Of a stretch of 20,000 nt of DNA, positions 14,350 through 20,000 are shown one piece after another. Below the pieces are notes generated by a model. It did not search any database. It saw only the letters and a program-made list of their open reading frames with translations, and had not been told where the DNA came from. Both the position numbers and the translations under genes were made by a program. This DNA comes from an uncultured virus (IMG/VR IMGVR_UViG_3300020577_005857) (taxonomy: Duplodnaviria; Heunggongvirae; Uroviricota; Caudoviricetes), in IMG/VR virus record IMGVR_UViG_3300020577_005857. One strand, 5' to 3'. Position 1 is the first letter of the stretch. Every line of letters begins with the position of its first letter.

Positions 14350-14556
14350 TTAGGCCGAAACCTTAACCACTGCCACACTACGATTGCCCTTGTATCGCAG
14401 ATTCACGGTACAGGGCTTGGGAATATCCGCCTTGTTCACCTTCATGAATCCAAGGCTATAGTCCCCCTCGAAGTCCTTCCCTTCCTCCCAGGCCGCAATC
14501 ACCTCGGCCTTGGTCTTATAATCCCGCCCATAGGCGGGGGTCAGTTCATAGTACAT
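14350..14556 (-). CDS. Hypothetical phage protein (68 aa)
   Basis: RBS GGGAGG; LTPAYGRDYK motif. Confidence 0.75.
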   Translation of the reverse strand: MYYELTPAYGRDYKTKAEVIAAWEEGKDFEGDYSLGFMKVNKADIPKPCTVNLRYKGNRSVAVVKVSA

Positions 14557-14568
14557 GGCTTCCTCCCT

Positions 14569-14850
14569 TTAGTCCGTAAGCCGAATGAATCGCATGTCGC
14601 TATCCTGCTTCACGGTATAGCGTTCACAGCCTAGGAGACACGTCCCGTAATGAACTATCCCGTAGGGCCGCGCCAAATAGATGTGGCCGTCCGCGATCCG
14701 TTCCACGGCATGTGTCCACCATTGCGCTTTCAGCGTCCAATCCAGGGTATGCCCCCTCACAGGACGCACGATCCATCCCTCCATCACCTCCGACGCCTTG
14801 TACACCGGCACCTTTTCCACGTCCATGACCACTCCGGGCAGAACATACAT
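14569..14850 (-). CDS. Hypothetical protein
   Basis: Likely start MYVLPG at 14850 after AAGGAGGT. Confidence 0.7.
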   Translation of the reverse strand: MYVLPGVVMDVEKVPVYKASEVMEGWIVRPVRGHTLDWTLKAQWWTHAVERIADGHIYLARPYGIVHYGTCLLGCERYTVKQDSDMRFIRLTD

Positions 14851-14914
14851 ATTACCTCCTTGATTTCGATCACGGGCAGCCCGAGACCTGAGCCCCGAGC
14901 TACCTAGTCCGCAA

Positions 14915-15253
14915 TCAGGCAACCATCGGCACGTCATCACCTTCGGGCTTTCCGGTACCCATGTCCACTCGCGTTCCCTCCGCCTTCGTTTTCACCGCGT
15001 CCTTCGTGCTGAGCAGCTTCGCATTCGTCGCGATGAAGTTCTCAATCTGGCCGCTGTGTGCCAGAAGCCGCTCCCACTGTTCCCGGTAGAGCGTGATGGG
15101 GAACCGTCCCATGCCGTACACGCTCACCGCGCCCTTCACGCTCACCTTGAAGCTAATCTTACCGGACTGCGCCTTCTCTTGGCGAAGCCGCTCATTCTCC
15201 TTCTGCATATCCGCAAGCTTAGCTTGCATCTCAGCCATCGTCATCTGTGCCAT
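14915..15253 (-). CDS. Coiled coil plus PC4-like putative nucleic-acid-binding protein
   Basis: KVSVKGAVSVYGMGRFPITLYREQWERLL; the ITL..EQW..L pattern recalls PC4/Sub1-fold ssDNA-binding proteins. RBS AAGGAG. Confidence 0.55.
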   Translation of the reverse strand: MAQMTMAEMQAKLADMQKENERLRQEKAQSGKISFKVSVKGAVSVYGMGRFPITLYREQWERLLAHSGQIENFIATNAKLLSTKDAVKTKAEGTRVDMGTGKPEGDDVPMVA

Positions 15254-15323
15254 AATCTTTCTCCTTATCCAAAATTGAGATCTAAGATCTCCACTCGGCC
15301 ACTCCCTAAGAATGGCCTGATGG

Positions 15324-15584
15324 CTACCCTTGAACTTTGTATCCCCGCCTCTTTAGCTCCCTTTGCAAGTATTCAGAGCTAGTCTCTGCCAGTACCTTAC
15401 TGACCACCGTCTGGAAGTGAGACGCTTCCTGAAGGGCGTCGATGAAGTTCTTGCTAGCCAGGAGATCTGGCCTTGCTCCGAAGTGAATTTCACAGAAATC
15501 CCTCAGGGACTTGATGGCAAGGATTTTGTTGTCCCGAATAGAGTAGGGAAGGAGCATGTGGGCAAGGAAATTGGCTTCTGGCAT
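15324..15584 (-). CDS. Protein with ribosomal bL12 (L7/L12) C-terminal-domain-like motif
   Basis: NKILAIKSLRDF...DLLASKNFIDAL versus the bL12 pattern KI.VIK.VR....GLKEAKDLVE; TAATG-coupled start at 15584. Confidence 0.55.
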   Translation of the reverse strand: MPEANFLAHMLLPYSIRDNKILAIKSLRDFCEIHFGARPDLLASKNFIDALQEASHFQTVVSKVLAETSSEYLQRELKRRGYKVQG

Positions 15585-15835
15585 TAGGCACGCCCCCAAA
15601 TCAGCCGATTCAAGTGCTCATTGGCCGCAGGATATTGCACCCCGTACTTGGCCATAACCAGCGTCGTGGCCTCAACCATCCCGCCGATCTTGAGGGCCTT
15701 CACCACATCCGCATGCGCTCTCAGGGGATGCCCCTTAGCCAAGCGCTTAGCCTGTGCGTAGCGCTTCCCTTCAAACTTCCACACCTTCACCGCTGGATTA
15801 TCCAGCAAGATTGTCGCTCCCCGCATGGGTTTCAT
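15584..15835 (-). CDS. Hypothetical protein
   Basis: Likely start MKPMRG at 15835 after GGGAGG. Confidence 0.65.
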   Translation of the reverse strand: MKPMRGATILLDNPAVKVWKFEGKRYAQAKRLAKGHPLRAHADVVKALKIGGMVEATTLVMAKYGVQYPAANEHLNRLIWGRA

Positions 15836-15956
15836 TTCACTGTCCTCCCTATGACGTATCCCCAAAACATGGCGGTAATCAGTACCGCTACCACCACCAA
15901 ACCATCACCACCGCCGCTCACTAGGCGAATTAAAAGCGAAATCAAGTAGTCTACCA

Positions 15957-16148
15957 TCACATCCGCTCCTGGTAGTCCCAGTGGGCTAGCAGAATATCCT
16001 GCTTCAATTGCTGAATGTAGACCCTCAATTGTCGAGCTGAGAGCTTGCTCACGTCCGTAGTTCCGTCGAAATGCTCCCACTTCCGCACTCCATTGAGATC
16101 CACGATCTCACCATCGAACAGTACCAGACCATTACCTAGGTCTTGCAT
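15957..16148 (-). CDS. Hypothetical protein
   Basis: Likely start MQDLGNG at 16148 after GGAGG. Confidence 0.6.
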   Translation of the reverse strand: MQDLGNGLVLFDGEIVDLNGVRKWEHFDGTTDVSKLSARQLRVYIQQLKQDILLAHWDYQERM

Positions 16149-16279
16149 AAAGCCTCCAACCAAAGCACATCCCTATCAGGACGGCCTTGGCAAGATGCTC
16201 TCACATAGCCCAGACTTGCTCACAACTCAGGCCATACATGGCCCATTCGGAGTGCATGACCTCAAGCCCCGCACTCCAG

Positions 16280-16534
16280 TCAAACCATGCTTCTACCCAC
16301 TGTTCGTAGTTCATCATTTCGTGTCCTCCCAGGCAGAATGTCCCCAGACCATCTCGCAGTCCCCGTCACCACCCGCCTCCCATTAGGCCCAAACTTCAGG
16401 GCCAGCAAAATCGTCCACTTCGGCTCAGGCCGCAGTGCAAAGGGCTTGCCTACCCCGTTCACTCCGGTCTTTTCATTGTCCACTCGGCGAATGATAGCAT
16501 TCGCGAGTCTATCTTTACGCATTGGCGAGCACAT
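16280..16534 (-). CDS. Hypothetical protein, first gene after the structured leader
   Basis: RBS AGGAG overlaps the 3' arm of an upstream hairpin. Confidence 0.6.
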   Translation of the reverse strand: MCSPMRKDRLANAIIRRVDNEKTGVNGVGKPFALRPEPKWTILLALKFGPNGRRVVTGTARWSGDILPGRTRNDELRTVGRSMV

Positions 16535-16909
16535 TGTTGGTTTCTCCTAACCTCAAGGCCCATTCAGGCCCTCAGGTTAGGGTAAACTCCACATCCACGG
16601 TGAGGGTAGTAGGGGCGCTCTCGCGGACTTTTTAACCGCGCTAACGCCCCTTCCGATTCCGTTCAATTGCTCCGCATGCATGGCCCTTCACGCCGTACTT
16701 CAGCACCCCCTAGCATTCCGAAGGAGTGTACCAGACTAGCCTAGCGGCTCGTCCCATTCGTGTAAGCTCCCATGTTTTCAAGCGTTTGTGCGGATTACCA
16801 CGCATACGCTATCCTCACGGTTGCCCCGTTTCTGGCATGCGCCAAACCTCATGCGCAAGTCAATAGCTCCTGACAGGTTAAGGTTGGATATCCACCCATC
16901 GAAGCCAAA

Positions 16910-16926
16910 TTCAGTTGTCAAAGATC
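16910..16926 (-). promoter_or_regulatory. rRNA-type boxA antitermination motif
   Basis: GATCTTTGACAACTGAA, matching rrn leader boxA (NTCTTTRAMAA), immediately after a predicted transcription start. Confidence 0.65.
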
Positions 16927-16935
16927 TCATGCACG

Positions 16936-16964
16936 ATACTATCTGCATCCATCAGGTTTCCCAA
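16936..16964 (-). promoter_or_regulatory. Putative sigma70-type promoter
   Basis: TTGGGA (16964-16959), 17-nt spacer, TAGTAT (16941-16936). Confidence 0.5.
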
Positions 16965-17303
16965 GTCTTCCATGTACGTCCAGCTCTAAGGCTTTCATCC
17001 GCAACGCATTCCCATTGAGTACGGCCCATCCTACGGATCGCAGTAATCTGCTCTCCGAAGGTACCCCAAGGACTATCCGAAGAAATCATCAGCAAGGGGG
17101 TTGTCCCGCTCTGCACAGGGAAAAGAGTACTAACTCGCTACTCACTGACTTCCGCTTCGTGCAAGCCCCAAAACATCGCGCGTGGGACGGGGCATATAGC
17201 GATTCCCATGCGCTCAGTTCCGGCGGATTCGATTGTGAAAGATCAATGGGACCGTAGTCCCAACTGCTCACGCAGTCCCCTTCGCATCGGGGAAGGAAGC
17301 GCC

Positions 17304-17513
17304 CTAAAGCGCTTCCGAAAACGTCGCATTATCCCTTGCGAGTAACGCCAATGCCCATGACGTACTCTTAAGCTCGACTGGAATGACCTCCAGATCGTGG
17401 ACAAGCCCACATTCGGGGCAGTGTGCCTCACCGTTTCGTGGCGTGCCGCAGACTTCGCACTGCATGTTGCATGCGCATTTGCGCTCGTCTATGCCGTGTT
17501 GATCGCATGTCAT
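17304..17513 (-). CDS. Small Cys-rich zinc-ribbon-like protein
   Basis: C..H...CAC...CEVC...CPECG; RBS GGAG. Confidence 0.55.
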   Translation of the reverse strand: MTCDQHGIDERKCACNMQCEVCGTPRNGEAHCPECGLVHDLEVIPVELKSTSWALALLARDNATFSEAL

Positions 17514-17637
17514 GGGGTGGTTTGCTCCGTTTCCGCCCGTTTCGTTCGGGCACTGCGCCTAGTTGCATGCGCCCTGCCAAACCCGATTTTGCTCGCAAGT
17601 AGTTGAAAATAAAGCGATTTGGGTGTGAAATACTCAA

Positions 17638-17668
17638 GGTATTTTTTACAAACCTTGCAAAAAATACC
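17638..17668. repeat. AT-rich near-perfect palindrome
   Basis: GGTATTTTTTACAA-ACC-TTGCAAAAAATACC (13 of 14 pairs). Confidence 0.75.
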
Positions 17669-17912
17669 GGAAAATTTTACCGAGGCGAAACTTGGGCGAA
17701 TACCCCCGAACCAACGCCCACACCCACGACATCGGCACGGCACGGCATAGCCTTAGCTTCGGCACGGCGTAGACTCCCCCAGGCCAGAACCGCAGACCAC
17801 GCCCTACTCATCGATATCGATTGGACACGGAGTGGGGGTGAGGGGGGAGGGTGTGTCTCTTTCCCAAGACACCGTCGCGTATACACGACAGGACTGCTAC
17901 GCAGTCCACGCA

Positions 17913-17928
17913 TGTTCCACGTGGAACG
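17913..17928. promoter_or_regulatory. parS-like site 1
   Basis: TGTTCCACGTGGAACG matches the chromosomal parS palindrome TGTTNCACGTGNAACA. Confidence 0.8.
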
Positions 17929-18113
17929 TGGCCACGCTTGTGTGCGCCAGCTCACACTTCAGGCTCCGGCCATAAGCCAAAGCTATACCCAGCCCCCCGG
18001 CTATACCACGCGCGTATGGGTTCCCATCTCGCGGGCGGAGGAAGTGATTCACAGAGCTGGATCAAGGAGCTGGATCAAGGAGCGCGATGGGCTCGCCTTT
18101 GGCTCGTCCTACA

Positions 18114-18129
18114 TGTTCCACGTGGAACC
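18114..18129. promoter_or_regulatory. parS-like site 2
   Basis: TGTTCCACGTGGAACC, 201 bp from site 1. Confidence 0.8.
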
Positions 18130-18214
18130 TTGGAACCCCTTTGGGCCCCATACCCAGTGGGTCCACTCCTGGGTATATTCACAAAAGCCTCAGGAATAAT
18201 CCTAGGGTCCCATA

Positions 18215-18541
18215 TCATGGGGCAATCATTACCGCCGTGCCGGAACTGATCTCCTGGCAGGGCAGGCCTGTATGGCACAAATGGCATACATGCCACTCTT
18301 CGTAGGCCGTGGCAATGCGTCGGCGCACGGCTCCACATCGGCAGTACTGATAGATATTGCCGAGGGTTTCTGGGGTAGGTACATGACTTGACATAGCCTT
18401 CAAAATGCGCTCGTTATATGGCCCTTTGTACTGTTCCACAAAATGTCCTCCAAAATCAAAAAAGGGCCCCTTCGCACAGAGGCCCTTTGTCTCGTCTTCG
18501 CAGTGCCACGGACGATCAGCGTGGTTTGGCGCACGGCGCAT
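18215..18541 (-). CDS. Hypothetical Cys/His-rich protein (start uncertain)
   Basis: CRC...HVCHLCH; ORF track only. Confidence 0.4.
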   Translation of the reverse strand: MRRAPNHADRPWHCEDETKGLCAKGPFFDFGGHFVEQYKGPYNERILKAMSSHVPTPETLGNIYQYCRCGAVRRRIATAYEEWHVCHLCHTGLPCQEISSGTAVMIAP

Positions 18542-18665
18542 ATGCGCTGTGATCCTGCTGGCCCTTACAGGTTACTGGTATAGCCACATGAGTAGGGTCA
18601 AGTATTGTTTGAGGGCCCACACTAATAGGCCCAGGAGGAATAATAGGGCCGCAAGCCCTAGGAAT

Positions 18666-18968
18666 TCAAGTGGTTTCATTTCGCCTCACAATGATGGGCT
18701 CAGGTGGCAACAAGGCCTCCAGCATGAAGATGTAGCGGTTGTAGAGTTCGGCCACAGCATATATCTCCTTTTGAAGATAATAGAAGTGTACTGCTTCTGG
18801 AGAGTGCCCCTGAGATATGGCACGGCGTAGCTCATTGGCATATGGGCCGGGAGTAGTGCGGTGGGCGATGGCATCTAGGGCCTGTCTTCGAAGGCGTTTC
18901 CATTGAAATATCTGGTCTTTAATGGAGCTGGAGAAGGCTAGCGAGGCTGAATAGGATTCGAAATCCAT
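18666..18968 (-). CDS. Hypothetical protein
   Basis: Likely start MDFESY at 18968, just after the upstream stop. Confidence 0.6.
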   Translation of the reverse strand: MDFESYSASLAFSSSIKDQIFQWKRLRRQALDAIAHRTTPGPYANELRRAISQGHSPEAVHFYYLQKEIYAVAELYNRYIFMLEALLPPEPIIVRRNETT

Positions 18969-18973
18969 AGTAG

Positions 18974-19315
18974 CTAAGAGTTCTCTGTGATGGTCATGGA
19001 ATCGTAGAAGGGGGCTTCCTGGCCGCAGTCCTCCAGATCCCCCAGGGTGCGGCACGGCGTGCCCTGGATGGCTGCGATCTCATCACTGGAGTAGAGCTTG
19101 AAGGGTTGGAACTGGGTAGCCAATGGGTTTGTGAGGGGATCGAAGGGGAATCCTGCGACCTCTCCGCCTGGATTGCAGCCATGGGCCTTGGCTTTAAGGG
19201 CGGCAATCATTACGTTTGGGGCCTTTGGAATGATACAGGCACCTAGAAATTGTGTGCCAGTGGGACGAGTAGGGTCGGCAAAACTGAGCCACCAACTGGA
19301 AGTGTATTCAGCCAC
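18974..19315 (-). CDS. Hypothetical phage protein
   Basis: RBS AAGGAG with GTG start; WWLSFAD...FLGA...GCNPGGEV. Confidence 0.7.
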   Translation of the reverse strand: MAEYTSSWWLSFADPTRPTGTQFLGACIIPKAPNVMIAALKAKAHGCNPGGEVAGFPFDPLTNPLATQFQPFKLYSSDEIAAIQGTPCRTLGDLEDCGQEAPFYDSMTITENS

Positions 19316-19598
19316 GGGGTTTCTCCTTTGAGAGGTATTTGCAGGTTACATACACGAAGGTCAGGCCTTCCGTGAGCTTTGCTTCAATACGAAGTATGTC
19401 CGGGGGCTGCACGGCGAGTACCTTACGGTTCTCCCAGCGCTTACCAGCCTGGGGACCATGGGCTATGATTGTGGGCTTGAGCTGGGCCCAGGGGAGGGGG
19501 AGCTGTGGGTAGGTCTTCATTGACAGGGATATGGACCATGTGGCGGTATACTCGTATAGTGGCTCTGGGGCCTGTGCGGACGGGTCTAAGTCTGACAT
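19308..19598 (-). CDS. Hypothetical protein
   Basis: Likely start MSDLDP at 19598; overlaps both neighbours. Confidence 0.55.
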   Translation of the reverse strand: MSDLDPSAQAPEPLYEYTATWSISLSMKTYPQLPLPWAQLKPTIIAHGPQAGKRWENRKVLAVQPPDILRIEAKLTEGLTFVYVTCKYLSKEKPRG

Positions 19599-19771
19599 AT
19601 GGGAACTCTCTTTTTGACGATCTTCACTGGATACTGGGGTTGGTTCTTGCGGTAATTCTTGAGGCTCTGCACGACGGCACGGCGTGTAGATTCGCAGTGG
19701 ACCTCTTCCCAATGGCCGAGGTGGTATTGGTGGATTTGGTACTCATCTTCGGTTTTTCTTTGGTATGGCAT
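19586..19771 (-). CDS. Hypothetical protein
   Basis: Likely start MPYQRK at 19771 after AAGGAG. Confidence 0.55.
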   Translation of the reverse strand: MPYQRKTEDEYQIHQYHLGHWEEVHCESTRRAVVQSLKNYRKNQPQYPVKIVKKRVPICQT

Positions 19772-20000
19772 TAGGCTCCTTAGGTGCATTGGCTTCCGCA
19801 CGGCGTAGATGTGAGAGCCAGTCTTGGTAGAACTGAGCGTGAGGTTCGATTGTTGAAATGGCTGAGCGTAGGGTTACGGCCCGTGGATGGGTCTGTGTAT
19901 TGACTGGGTGTCCAGGATGGTGTGGATTTGGACTTGGATTCCATAATGAATGGGGTACAAGGCTCGTGGGGGTAGTTAATCAGTATTGCGGTTGAGTATT

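Noticed and set aside
525..16642. Shared 12-mer TTTAACCGCGCT at 525-536 and 16631-16642
   Set aside because: A single short match in different structural contexts, compatible with chance.
1014..19774. Plus-strand ORFs such as 2351..3076, 8766..9599 and 17603..18199
   Set aside because: They are antisense shadows of the coupled minus-strand gene chain or span regulatory DNA, with no recognisable motifs.
19772..20000. Partial gene at the right edge
   Set aside because: More than one minus-strand frame is partly open, and none can be chosen with confidence.

Overview
This window is a bacteriophage (or phage-plasmid) genome segment of about 45 tightly packed, mostly small genes, all on the minus strand. 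It has no structural or lysis genes. From left to right: (i) the 5' end of a putative Ro60/TROVE-like RNA-binding protein gene. It is preceded by a ~680-nt non-coding leader with its own sigma70-type promoter. The leader folds into an array of structured RNAs: a tRNA-Arg(GCG)-like cloverleaf with a defective acceptor end, several long hairpins including a Y-RNA-shaped one, and a circularly permuted tRNA-Glu(UUC) mimic with a covalently closed acceptor stem. (ii) A small AT-hook protein and a divergent PvcA/Dit1 (isonitrile synthase-like) gene. (iii) A J-domain/atypical kinase - vWA - divergent adenylosuccinate synthetase (PurA-like, not PurZ) triad. (iv) Early/accessory genes: a winged-HTH regulator, two paralogous pentapeptide-repeat proteins, DUF932, a PC4-like protein, a ribosomal bL12-CTD-like protein and many hypotheticals, read from a promoter followed by an rRNA-type boxA. 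(v) A gene-poor 17.5-18.2 kb region with two chromosome-type parS sites, an AT-rich palindrome and a G/C skew inversion, suggesting a replication origin. Family assignments come from motifs recognised by eye and RNA structures from manual base-pairing; none were confirmed by search or folding software.
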